Below are positions 1-9,264 of a stretch of DNA of 64,000 nt, in pieces. The stretch lies in the IMG/VR virus record IMGVR_UViG_3300043435_001124; one strand, written 5' to 3'. Made by a program: the position numbers and the translations under genes. The stretch comes from an uncultured virus (IMG/VR IMGVR_UViG_3300043435_001124). Its lineage: Duplodnaviria; Heunggongvirae; Uroviricota; Caudoviricetes. The notes below the pieces were generated by a model that did not search any database, was not told where the DNA came from, and saw only the letters and a list, made by a program, of their open reading frames with translations. Position 1 is the stretch's first letter; each line of letters opens with the position of its first letter.

Positions 1-2
1 AT

Positions 3-1046
3 AAAGACGCAGTTTACGCTGCGAATAAGTTTATAAATTATTATTCCCAATTTAATAGGATTGATGATTATCTTCGTTTTGTAAAAAAGGATAGAATTTC
101 TTCTCGTCCCGGATCATTATTTGGTGCAGAAACAGAAATGTTTGACCAATTTGATATTCATCCAAAAGATATGAGTATTCGTATTCATATTGTAGATACT
201 GATCCAAAACCATCTTCGCGGTTTAATCAATGGTTGTATTCGGAAACACTTAATCTAACTGCATCAAATGCGGTGGAGGAAGCAATTCCAGGAAGAACTC
301 ATAAGTGGATTGTGGAAGAAACAAACACTCAAAAGGTTTTGGGAGTAGTTCGTTTTGGTTCTCCAACTATTAATTCAAAACCAAGAAACGATCACTTCAG
401 TAAAGTTCTTCCTCTTGATGTAATTAATGATGAGTTTGTGATGGGATTTAATATAGTTCCTGTGCAACCATTTGGATACAATTATCTGGGAGGTAAACTT
501 CTTGCTCTTCTTGCTTGCTCTAATGAATTAAAGAGACAATTTGATCAAAAGTATGGAACTGATTTAAAATACTTTGAAACAACCTCTTTGTATGGAACTA
601 CGAAGGGGATGTCTATGTATGACGGATTAAAACCATATCTTCGCCACATTGGAGATACTGAAAGTAATTTTCTGCCCTTGTTTCACGATGGTGAGTTTCG
701 TGATTTCTTCTGGTGGTTTAATGAAAGGAACGGTGGGGAACGTTTGATTTCTGCTGATAAATCATCCAAAAAACTCAAAATTCAACAAAAGATGATTGCG
801 ATTATTCGTAAGTCTCTTAATAGTGAAGAAAAACTTAAGGAGTTTAATGATGTAATTGATAAGGCAAAAACCCTTACAGAAAAGAAAAGGTACTACCTCT
901 CGAAATTTGGTCACGAAGTTGATGATGTGATTGAGTGGTGGAAAAGAAAAGCATCTAACCGATATGAAAAACTAAAGTCTGAAGGAAGATTAAGAACTAA
1001 ACTTGAGATATGGGAACCTGGTTCTAACTTGGAGATTATACGATGA
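3..1046 (+). CDS. DUF4338/Druantia DruA-like protein, 5'-partial
   Basis: The frame is open from nt 3 (KDAVYAANKF...), upstream of the tracked ATG at 138. Motifs GGKLLALLA and FETTSLYG..SMYDGL resemble DUF4338. Lies directly before gp62. Confidence 0.6.
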   Translation, partial: KDAVYAANKFINYYSQFNRIDDYLRFVKKDRISSRPGSLFGAETEMFDQFDIHPKDMSIRIHIVDTDPKPSSRFNQWLYSETLNLTASNAVEEAIPGRTHKWIVEETNTQKVLGVVRFGSPTINSKPRNDHFSKVLPLDVINDEFVMGFNIVPVQPFGYNYLGGKLLALLACSNELKRQFDQKYGTDLKYFETTSLYGTTKGMSMYDGLKPYLRHIGDTESNFLPLFHDGEFRDFFWWFNERNGGERLISADKSSKKLKIQQKMIAIIRKSLNSEEKLKEFNDVIDKAKTLTEKKRYYLSKFGHEVDDVIEWWKRKASNRYEKLKSEGRLRTKLEIWEPGSNLEIIR

Positions 1047-1429
1047 CTTATGAGTTGAAAGATTGGTTGAATTCCATTAATTTTACTAAAGAAAATTTAA
1101 TGGAAGAAGATAAAACTTCAAAAAAAGATTATGCACCATATATCATTAATAAATGTTTGTCTGCACATATTGAATGCATTCTTTTTGCAAATGAAATGAA
1201 TATGAATCATTCATTAGACAAAGATATGCAATATTCATTTTATCTAAATACTTTGAGGAAACGGAAGAGATTTTCTCCCTGGATCCGTAAAGATAAAGTT
1301 CAAGATTTAGAGTATGTAAAACGTTACTATGGTTATAGTAATGATAAGGCAATTCAAGCTTTAAAAATTCTAAACAAAACTCAATTGAACTTCATAAAAC
1401 AACGACTTGAAACTGGCGGAATGAAATGA
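1043..1429 (+). CDS. 62: Clamp loader small subunit (gp62-like)
   Basis: KDWLNSIN...YAPYIINKCLS...RKRKRFSPW; synteny before regA. Confidence 0.85.
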   Translation: MTYELKDWLNSINFTKENLMEEDKTSKKDYAPYIINKCLSAHIECILFANEMNMNHSLDKDMQYSFYLNTLRKRKRFSPWIRKDKVQDLEYVKRYYGYSNDKAIQALKILNKTQLNFIKQRLETGGMK

Positions 1430-1869
1430 CTAACCAAACAATTGAACCACAAGTAAACTGGTCTCCCGATATGATGGTGGAGGTTATTCTTAATGAACCA
1501 GATGACTTTTTAAAAGTACGTGAAACTCTAACACGTATTGGAGTTGCATCAAGAAAAGAAAAAAAACTATACCAGAGTGCTCATATTCTCCATAAACAAG
1601 GACGATATTATATTGTAAGTTTTAAAGAACTTTTCGCTCTTGATGGCAAACATGCAAATCTTACTGTAAATGATATACAACGTCGTAACAGAATTGTTCA
1701 TCTTCTCGCTGATTGGGGACTTGTGTCTGTAGTAAATCCAGACAAAATTGCTGATATAGCACCTCTAAATCAAATTAAAGTTCTTCCTTTTAAAGAAAAG
1801 GGTGAGTGGGAATTAGAACAAAAATATAATATTGGATCTAAGAAACGATCTCAGGAAGTAGGGGAGTAA
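1426..1869 (+). CDS. regA: RegA translational repressor
   Basis: PDDFLKVRETLTRIGVAS...LYQSAHILHKQGRYYIV. Confidence 0.95.
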   Translation: MTNQTIEPQVNWSPDMMVEVILNEPDDFLKVRETLTRIGVASRKEKKLYQSAHILHKQGRYYIVSFKELFALDGKHANLTVNDIQRRNRIVHLLADWGLVSVVNPDKIADIAPLNQIKVLPFKEKGEWELEQKYNIGSKKRSQEVGE

Positions 1870-1878
1870 ACCGAATAA

Positions 1879-1908
1879 AAATGGTGGGAAATTACATCCC
1901 ACTTTTTT
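1879..1908 (+). terminator. Rho-independent terminator after regA
   Basis: GTGGGA...TCCCAC stem followed by a T-run. Confidence 0.7.
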
Positions 1909-1984
1909 TATGATCTTGTATAATTAATAATGTCAAATGCTTCGGGTTTGACATTATAAACCTCGCTTTTTAAGGAGAAAACAA

Positions 1985-2413
1985 ATGAATTTACTTGCAA
2001 AGTATCAAACTGACAATGTTGAAAAATTTTTAAGAGATGTTGACAGGTATTCAATTGGTATGGACGAATGGTTTCATAGAATGGGAAGCTTGCATCAAAC
2101 TGAATCAAATTATCCACCGTACAATTTAGTTAAAGAAAATAACATTACTTTTAGATTGGAAGTTGCTCTCGCAGGATTTAAAAAAGAAGAAATTTTTGTA
2201 ACTACCGAATCAGGTAAACTCTTCGTTGAAGGGCAAACTGAAAAGGAAGATGTTGAATATGTACATCAGGGATTGGCAAAAAGGGCATTCACCCGATCTT
2301 GGACTTTATCAGACGATGTAGAAGTCTGTAATGTAGTTTTTGAGGATGGATTATTGACTATTGAGTTGAAACGAATTATTCCGGAACATCAGCAAAAGAA
2401 AGTTTGGTTTTAA
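1985..2413 (+). CDS. hsp20: Small heat shock protein Hsp20
   Basis: NYPPYNL...LEVALAGF...F.RSWTLSDD...DGLL.I.L alpha-crystallin motifs; strong AAGGAG Shine-Dalgarno. Confidence 0.95.
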   Translation: MNLLAKYQTDNVEKFLRDVDRYSIGMDEWFHRMGSLHQTESNYPPYNLVKENNITFRLEVALAGFKKEEIFVTTESGKLFVEGQTEKEDVEYVHQGLAKRAFTRSWTLSDDVEVCNVVFEDGLLTIELKRIIPEHQQKKVWF

Positions 2414-2437
2414 ATAGTATTTAATATCATTATCGCT

Positions 2438-2481
2438 AGAGGGGTGAACTGGCAAAATTCAGTTGACATCCCTCTTTTTTT
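2438..2481 (+). terminator. Terminator after hsp20, overlapping a TTGACA -35 box
   Basis: AGAGGGG...CCCTCT stem followed by a T-run. Confidence 0.65.
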
Positions 2482-2512
2482 ATGTTAAAGTGCATACACG
2501 TATGAGAGTATT

Positions 2513-2869
2513 ATGACTGTAAAACTTGTAATCTTCAAATCTGGAGAAAATATAATTTCAGATGTTAAAGAAGGTTTTTATGGAGAAAAACTTGCTTGCT
2601 ATATTCTAGAAAATCCATGCAAAGTGTTTGTCAATGGATCTTATAAAGTAATTGATGATGATCAAGATGCTGGAAATATGGTAAGTATTTCATTGCATCA
2701 ATGGCCTTCACTGTCTAAAGATACAACAATAGAAATTGTTCCTGAGTGGATTGTTACTCTTGTGGAACCAAATTCTCAACTTAAAGAAATGTATGAAACT
2801 CAGGTATTAGAAAATGGAAACGAAATTGATAGTATTACAGAACAACTTGATGTTAGTAACACAGATTGA
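2513..2869 (+). CDS. Conserved cyanophage hypothetical protein (Sm-like fold candidate)
   Basis: MTVKLVIFKSGENIISDV; usual position between hsp20 and gp43. Confidence 0.7.
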   Translation: MTVKLVIFKSGENIISDVKEGFYGEKLACYILENPCKVFVNGSYKVIDDDQDAGNMVSISLHQWPSLSKDTTIEIVPEWIVTLVEPNSQLKEMYETQVLENGNEIDSITEQLDVSNTD

Positions 2870-3065
2870 GGAAGTTGGTGTAGATATTGGTGAACCCGAT
2901 TGTAAGTTAATTAAACCATTTGTCCTTCATAAAGATGAAACATTGTCTCCTTGGTTAATTGATGTTACTAGTGAAACTACTTTTATGATTAGTTCCGAAA
3001 AGATACTAACTCTTACTAATCCAAAACCAACTCTTCTTGAAAAATATCAAAATCTTACTAAATAA
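2814..3065 (+). CDS. Conserved cyanophage hypothetical protein
   Basis: DIGEPDCKLIKPF motif; stop overlaps the gp43 start. Confidence 0.7.
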   Translation: METKLIVLQNNLMLVTQIEEVGVDIGEPDCKLIKPFVLHKDETLSPWLIDVTSETTFMISSEKILTLTNPKPTLLEKYQNLTK

Positions 3066-5563
3066 TGCGCTTTTACACAAACGTACAAATGATCGGGAAT
3101 AAGTTTCTCGTTCGCGGTTATGATAATGGTGAACACGTTATGTTTAAAGAAGAGTATTCACCTACTCTTTTTGTAAAATCAAAAAATGAATCAAAATACA
3201 AAACTCTAGAAGGAGAATATGTAGAACCAATTCAACCTGGTTCAGTGAAAGATTGTCGTGAATTTTATAAAAAGTATGACGGTATAGAAAATTTTAAGAT
3301 TTATGGAAATGAACGATATGTGTACCAGTACATATCAGACAAATATCCAGAAGATGAAATTAAGTTTGATACTACTAAAATTAAATTGGTGACTCTTGAT
3401 ATTGAAACCACTTCAGAAAATGGATTTCCTGATCCAAAAGAGTGTGTTGAAGAAATACTATTAATTACAATTCAAGATTACACCACTAAGCAGATTATTA
3501 CTTGGGGAACAAGATCTTTTAATAATACTCAAAAGAATGTAAAGTATATTGAATGTGAATCTGAATATGCTCTTCTTAATTCATTTCTTCATTATTGGGA
3601 AAATAATACTCCAGAGGTAGTAACTGGGTGGAACATTGAATTTTTTGATATTCCTTATATTTGCGGAAGATTGAATAGAGTTCTTGGTGATAAGAGAGCA
3701 AAATGTTTTTCTCCTTGGGGACTAGTTTCTCAAAATGAAGTGTGGGTAAATAATCGTCAACAGATTTGTTATGATATTAAGGGAATATCTCAACTAGATT
3801 ATTTAAAACTTTATAAGTGGTCTCCAGCAACTTCTAATCAGGAATCGTATCGTCTAGATCATATTGCAAGCGTAGAACTGGGGCAGAAAAAATTAGATCA
3901 CTCCGAGTTTGATACTTTCAAGGACTTTTATACCAGGGGGTGGCAAAAGTTTGTAGAATATAATATTGTTGACGTAGAACTTGTTGACCGTTTGGAAGAC
4001 AAGATGAAACTGATTGAACTTGCTCTTACGATGGCATATGATGGTAAAGTGAACTATGAGGATGTGTTTTCACAGGTTAGAATGTGGGACACTATTATCT
4101 ACAATTACTTGAAGAAGAGAAATACGGTTATTCCACCAAAAGAAAAAACTGATAAAAATGAGAAGTATGCTGGTGCTTATGTAAAAGAACCTGTTCCGGG
4201 TGTTTATGATTGGGTTGTTAATTTCGATTTAAACAGTCTATATCCACATTTAATTATGCAATTCAATCTGAGTCCAGAAACTCTTGTTGATGAAAGGCAC
4301 CCTACTGTAACTGTAGATAAGATTCTTAATCAAGAACTTACTTTTGAGAAGTATGGTGATTATGCAGTGTGCCCTAATGGTGCTATGTATCGCAAGGATA
4401 TCCGTGGATTTCTTCCGGAACTAATGGAAAAAATGTACAATGATCGTGTCATTTTTAAGGAAAAAATGATTGATGCAAAAAAACAGTATGAGAAGAAAAA
4501 AACAAAAGAATTGGAGAAGGAAATTTCCAGATGCAATAACATTCAAATGGCAAAAAAGATCTCTCTTAACTCTGCTTATGGAGCCATTGGAAATGAATGG
4601 TTCAGGTACTTTAAATTAGCAAATGCTGAAGCAATTACTTTGTCTGGACAAGTTGCAATTCGTTGGATTGAGAGTAAAATGAATATATATTTCAATAAAC
4701 TACTCAAAACTGAGGATGTGGATTATGTTATTGCTTCTGACACTGACTCCATTTATCTTCATATGGGTCCTCTGGTTGAAACTATATACAAAGGACGAGA
4801 GAAAACTACTGAAAGCGTTGTTTCGTTCCTTGATAAGATCTGTCAAGTGGAACTTGAAAAGTATATTGAAGGTTGCTACCAAGAACTGGCGGAGTATATG
4901 AATGCATATGACCAGAAAATGCAGATGAAGCGGGAGAATATTGCTGACCGTGGAATTTGGACTGCCAAGAAACGCTATATTATGAACGTTTGGGATAGTG
5001 AGGGTGTTCGCTATACTGAACCAAAACTTAAAATTATGGGTATTGAAGCAATTAAATCTTCAACTCCAGCACCTTGCCGTCAGATGATTAAAAATGCTTT
5101 AAAACTAATGATGAATGGAACCGAAACTGATATTATAAATTTCATTGAAAAATGCAGAGTTGACTTTTACAAATTATCTCCAGAAGAAATTTCATTTCCT
5201 CGATCAGTTTCTGATGTAATAAAATATAAATGTTCAAACGGCATTTATGGTAAAGGAACTCCAATTAATGTTCGTGGGGCATTGCTTTTCAATCATCATA
5301 TTAAAGAAAAAAAATTAACAAACAAATATTCTTTGATACAAAATGGAGAGAAAATTAAATATTGTTACTTAAAAAAACCAAATCCAATCTATGAAAATGT
5401 TATATCATTCATTCAAGATTTTCCTAAAGAATTGGGTCTAAATTCTTATATTGATTATGATACTCAATTTGAAAAAGGATTTCTTGAACCACTCAAAGTA
5501 ATTTTAAATGCTATCGGGTGGGATGATGAGAAAAAAGTTACACTTGATTCTTTCTTCTCTTAG
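3065..5563 (+). CDS. 43: Family B DNA polymerase gp43
   Basis: Exo I DIET; DLNSLYPHLI; KISLNSAYG; ASDTDS; KKRY. Confidence 0.98.
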   Translation: MRFYTNVQMIGNKFLVRGYDNGEHVMFKEEYSPTLFVKSKNESKYKTLEGEYVEPIQPGSVKDCREFYKKYDGIENFKIYGNERYVYQYISDKYPEDEIKFDTTKIKLVTLDIETTSENGFPDPKECVEEILLITIQDYTTKQIITWGTRSFNNTQKNVKYIECESEYALLNSFLHYWENNTPEVVTGWNIEFFDIPYICGRLNRVLGDKRAKCFSPWGLVSQNEVWVNNRQQICYDIKGISQLDYLKLYKWSPATSNQESYRLDHIASVELGQKKLDHSEFDTFKDFYTRGWQKFVEYNIVDVELVDRLEDKMKLIELALTMAYDGKVNYEDVFSQVRMWDTIIYNYLKKRNTVIPPKEKTDKNEKYAGAYVKEPVPGVYDWVVNFDLNSLYPHLIMQFNLSPETLVDERHPTVTVDKILNQELTFEKYGDYAVCPNGAMYRKDIRGFLPELMEKMYNDRVIFKEKMIDAKKQYEKKKTKELEKEISRCNNIQMAKKISLNSAYGAIGNEWFRYFKLANAEAITLSGQVAIRWIESKMNIYFNKLLKTEDVDYVIASDTDSIYLHMGPLVETIYKGREKTTESVVSFLDKICQVELEKYIEGCYQELAEYMNAYDQKMQMKRENIADRGIWTAKKRYIMNVWDSEGVRYTEPKLKIMGIEAIKSSTPAPCRQMIKNALKLMMNGTETDIINFIEKCRVDFYKLSPEEISFPRSVSDVIKYKCSNGIYGKGTPINVRGALLFNHHIKEKKLTNKYSLIQNGEKIKYCYLKKPNPIYENVISFIQDFPKELGLNSYIDYDTQFEKGFLEPLKVILNAIGWDDEKKVTLDSFFS

Positions 5564-5570
5564 TGATAGA

Positions 5571-5693
5571 ATGAATCTACCTATTTCAGAAAAAGAACTC
5601 AAGTATATACTTGAAAGGGTAAAAGAAAATCGAAAACTTTATAATAAATTATGGAGTTTTTGGATTGAATACACACATCAAAATAGCAAATAA
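5571..5693 (+). CDS. Small hypothetical protein
   Basis: 40-aa ORF (MNLPISEKELK...) filling the gap between gp43 and uvsX. Confidence 0.5.
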   Translation: MNLPISEKELKYILERVKENRKLYNKLWSFWIEYTHQNSK

Positions 5694-5695
5694 AT

Positions 5696-6697
5696 ATGGA
5701 CTTTCTTAAAGATATTGTAAAAGAAATTGGTGGAGAATACACCCAACTTGCTTCGGATATTGATGAAACTGAAACTTATGTGGATACGGGTTCGTACGTT
5801 TTTAACGCTCTTGTATCTGGTAGTATATTTGGTGGTGTATCTGGGAATAAGATTACTGCAATCGCTGGAGAAACTTCTACTGGAAAAACTTTCTTCAGTC
5901 TTGCCGTCGTTAAAAATTTCCTTGATAATAATCCTACTGGATATTGTCTGTATTTTGATACTGAAGCAGCAGTCACAAAGTCCCTTCTGGAAAGTAGGGG
6001 AGTTGACACAAATCGTTTGGTGGTTGTCAATGTAGTTACGGTAGAAGAATTCCGCACAAAAGCACTTAAGGCAGTTGATATTTACCTAAAGAAAAAAGAG
6101 GATGAAAGAAATCCTTGTATTTTGGTATTGGACTCTCTGGGAATGCTTTCAACGAATAAAGAGATTAATGATGCCTTGGCTGAGAAAGATACGCGGGATA
6201 TGACTAAGGCACAACTTATCAAAGGTGCCTTTCGTATGCTGACTCTCAAATTGGGACAGGCAAAGATTCCTATGCTAGTTACAAATCACACATATGATAG
6301 TATGAGTCTTTATGGTGGAAAGCAAATGTCGGGTGGTTCTGGACTACAATATGCAGCGTCTACAATCATCTATCTTTCTAAGTCAAAGGAGAAAGATGGA
6401 ACCGAAGTAATTGGAAACATTATCAAGGCAAAGACTCACAAATCACGTTTAAGTAAGGAAAATCAACAAGTAGAAATTCGTCTATTCTATGATTCACGGG
6501 GTCTTGACCGTCACTATGGTCTTCTTGAACTTGGTGAATTGGGTGAACTCTGGAAGAACGTAGCAGGTCGTTATGAGATTGATGGTAAGAAAATCTATGC
6601 CAAAGAGATTCTTAAAAGTCCAGAAAAGTATTTTACTGATGAGGTAATGGAAAAACTTGATGTAATTGCTAAAGGCGAATTTAGTTACGGAGCATAA
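5696..6697 (+). CDS. uvsX: UvsX RecA-like recombinase
   Basis: Walker A GETSTGKT; YFDTEAA; LDSLGML; MSGGSGLQYAAS. Confidence 0.95.
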   Translation: MDFLKDIVKEIGGEYTQLASDIDETETYVDTGSYVFNALVSGSIFGGVSGNKITAIAGETSTGKTFFSLAVVKNFLDNNPTGYCLYFDTEAAVTKSLLESRGVDTNRLVVVNVVTVEEFRTKALKAVDIYLKKKEDERNPCILVLDSLGMLSTNKEINDALAEKDTRDMTKAQLIKGAFRMLTLKLGQAKIPMLVTNHTYDSMSLYGGKQMSGGSGLQYAASTIIYLSKSKEKDGTEVIGNIIKAKTHKSRLSKENQQVEIRLFYDSRGLDRHYGLLELGELGELWKNVAGRYEIDGKKIYAKEILKSPEKYFTDEVMEKLDVIAKGEFSYGA

Positions 6698-6703
6698 AAT
6701 TAA

Positions 6704-8089
6704 ATGGAGAAAATTGAGTTTCTAATTTTGAGAAACCTATTATATAATGAAGATTATACTAGGAAAGTATTACCGTTTATTAAAGCAGATTATTTCCAAG
6801 ATTCTAATCAAAGAATTGTATTTGAAGAAATATACTCCTTTATTTCAGAATATAATAAACTCGCTACCAAAGAAGTTCTCTGTATTGAATTAGAAAAAAG
6901 AAATGACTTAAATGAAGAAACCTTTAAAGAAACTCTGAATGTAGTTTTTGCTCTCGAAGATGTTCCTGTTGAGAAGAACTGGGTTGTTGATACTACCGAA
7001 AAGTGGTGTCGTGATAGGGCAATCTATCTTGCACTTATGGAATCTATTCATATTGCGGATGGTGGTGATGGTAAGAAAAATCGTGATTCAATTCCATCAA
7101 TTCTTTCCGATGCTCTTGCAGTAAGTTTTGATAATCACGTTGGACACGATTATCTTCAGGATTATGAAGAACGTTATGAATCTTATAGAAGAAAGGAGGA
7201 TAAAATTGAATTTGATCTTGAGTATTTTAACAAAATCACCAAAGGCGGTCTCCCCAACAAAACTCTTAATATTTGTTTAGCTGGAACAGGAGCTGGAAAA
7301 AGTTTGTTTATGTGTCACGTGGCAGCATCAGTTCTTCTACAAGGTAAAAATGTTCTGTACATTACGCTTGAAATGTCGGAAGAAAAAATTGCTGAAAGAA
7401 TTGATGCAAATCTCTTAAATGTCAATATTCAAGATATTGCAGAACTTCCTAAAAGTGTATTTGAATCTAAAGTTAATAGTATTGCTAAAAAAACTCAAGG
7501 TACTTTGATCATCAAAGAGTATCCTACTGCTTCTGCTCACTCTGGTCATTTTAAGGGATTAATTAATGAACTTGCTCTCAAGAAATCATTTAAACCTGAT
7601 ATTATCTTTATTGATTATTTGAATATTTGCTCCTCGTCTAGATTTAAAGGTGGGAGTAATATAAATTCCTATACACTAGTTAAGTCTATTGCGGAAGAAC
7701 TTCGTGGTCTTGCTGTGGAATTTAATATTCCTATTGTCAGTGCAACACAGACTACCAGATCCGGTTTTGGATCATCTGATGTTGAACTAACGGATACTTC
7801 AGAATCTTTCGGTCTTCCTGCGACTGCTGACCTTATGTTTGCTCTGATTAGTACTGAAGAACTTGAAGAACTTGGGCAAATTATGGTTAAACAACTTAAA
7901 AATCGGTATAATGACCCAACACTATATAAAAGATTTGTTGTTGGAATAGATAGGGCAAAAATGAGACTTTATGATGTAGAACAAAGTGCTCAGAAAGATA
8001 TACTTGACTCTGGTAAAGAAGAAGAGTATAATTACGAAGAAACTAAAAATTCATCACTAAAAGAAAAATTTGGACAATTTAAATACTAA
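6704..8089 (+). CDS. 41: Replicative helicase gp41
   Basis: AGTGAGKS; YITLEMSEE; DYLNIC; SATQTTRSG; QLKNRY. Confidence 0.97.
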   Translation: MEKIEFLILRNLLYNEDYTRKVLPFIKADYFQDSNQRIVFEEIYSFISEYNKLATKEVLCIELEKRNDLNEETFKETLNVVFALEDVPVEKNWVVDTTEKWCRDRAIYLALMESIHIADGGDGKKNRDSIPSILSDALAVSFDNHVGHDYLQDYEERYESYRRKEDKIEFDLEYFNKITKGGLPNKTLNICLAGTGAGKSLFMCHVAASVLLQGKNVLYITLEMSEEKIAERIDANLLNVNIQDIAELPKSVFESKVNSIAKKTQGTLIIKEYPTASAHSGHFKGLINELALKKSFKPDIIFIDYLNICSSSRFKGGSNINSYTLVKSIAEELRGLAVEFNIPIVSATQTTRSGFGSSDVELTDTSESFGLPATADLMFALISTEELEELGQIMVKQLKNRYNDPTLYKRFVVGIDRAKMRLYDVEQSAQKDILDSGKEEEYNYEETKNSSLKEKFGQFKY

Positions 8090-8090
8090 T

Positions 8091-8504
8091 ATGACACAAG
8101 TAATTGATACAAACAAATATATTGAATTTGTTCGTCAGACTACAAGTCCTGCAAGCAGTGACTTCGCAGCACTTCTTACACGACTAACAGAGCTTGAGGT
8201 ATCTGCTAACGCTGATGTTCCTCGTCTTATGACTGCTGCTTTTGGTATCAGTGCAGAAGCGGGAGAGTTCACTGAAGTTATTAAAAAAATCTTCTTGCAG
8301 GGTAAACCTTATAATGAAAATAATGTCTTTCACCTAAAACGAGAATTGGGTGATATTTGTTGGTACATTGCACAAGCATGTATGGCTCTTGATACTACTT
8401 TTGAGGAGGTTCTACAAATGAACTATGAAAAATTGAGTGCTCGTTACCCAGAAGGAACTTTTGATGTATTTCGAAGTGAAAATCGTGTAGAAGGAGATTT
8501 GTGA
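8091..8504 (+). CDS. mazG: MazG nucleotide pyrophosphohydrolase
   Basis: AEAGEFTEVIKK...RELGDICWY...KLSARYP. Confidence 0.92.
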   Translation: MTQVIDTNKYIEFVRQTTSPASSDFAALLTRLTELEVSANADVPRLMTAAFGISAEAGEFTEVIKKIFLQGKPYNENNVFHLKRELGDICWYIAQACMALDTTFEEVLQMNYEKLSARYPEGTFDVFRSENRVEGDL

Positions 8505-8528
8505 AATAAAATGATCTAAATATAATGC

Positions 8529-8561
8529 AATAGGATAGTTTTTAAACTGTCCTATTTTTTT
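8529..8561 (+). terminator. Terminator after mazG
   Basis: AATAGGATAGTTT/AAACTGTCCTATT stem followed by a T-run. Confidence 0.75.
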
Positions 8562-8618
8562 ATAGCATAAATTTTCAAAAAAATTAGAACAAATAAATAT
8601 AATTATATCTAACTACAT

Positions 8619-9260
8619 ATGAAAAAGTTCTCTCAATTCATTCAAGAAGCAAATAATACCTTGTCTGAGTTTGTTGACAAGAATAAAAATCTTGCTGTCT
8701 TTAATGCAAAAAGAGTTCGTCTTCCTAGTGGTGGAAGATTAGTTCCCAATGGTCATGGTGATTATCACGATAGTGTAACTGGCGAATTTATTGCAAAATC
8801 AAAAGTTACTTCTGGAGGAACAGTTGCTTTAAAATTTTCCAATCAAAATCAAAGAATTGGAAAAAGAGATCGTGATCAAGATAGATCTAAACTTTCACCA
8901 CTTGTCCCACCATCACACCAAGTTGCAGAAGAGTTTGAAAAACAATTACGAGATAAGTATGTTCGTGGAGAAATATTCAATGAGGGGGATTGGGTGGAAA
9001 ATCCCAATACTGGTTTAACTGGAAAGATTATTCGTAGAGGAACAAATTATCTTATCTGTGTTACGGAAGATAATGTGATGTTTAAACCTTGGATTAGAGA
9101 TGTTGTGGAATGGACGAATAAATCTGGAGTTCCCGCAAATCAAAGAGAAGTTGGAACTGACGCTCTACGCAAATATGTTATGTCAGTTTCCGATACTAAG
9201 GCAATTGATAATTTTAGTATTAAAAAATTCATAAATAAGTATAAAGTAAAAAGAACATAA
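8619..9260 (+). CDS. Putative internal head protein, related to cyanophage 'cytidyltransferase' proteins but lacking the catalytic core
   Basis: N-terminal MKKFSQFIQE; C-terminal G.IIRRGTNYLICVTED motif; no HxGH motif. Confidence 0.55.
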   Translation: MKKFSQFIQEANNTLSEFVDKNKNLAVFNAKRVRLPSGGRLVPNGHGDYHDSVTGEFIAKSKVTSGGTVALKFSNQNQRIGKRDRDQDRSKLSPLVPPSHQVAEEFEKQLRDKYVRGEIFNEGDWVENPNTGLTGKIIRRGTNYLICVTEDNVMFKPWIRDVVEWTNKSGVPANQREVGTDALRKYVMSVSDTKAIDNFSIKKFINKYKVKRT

Positions 9261-9264
9261 GAAA

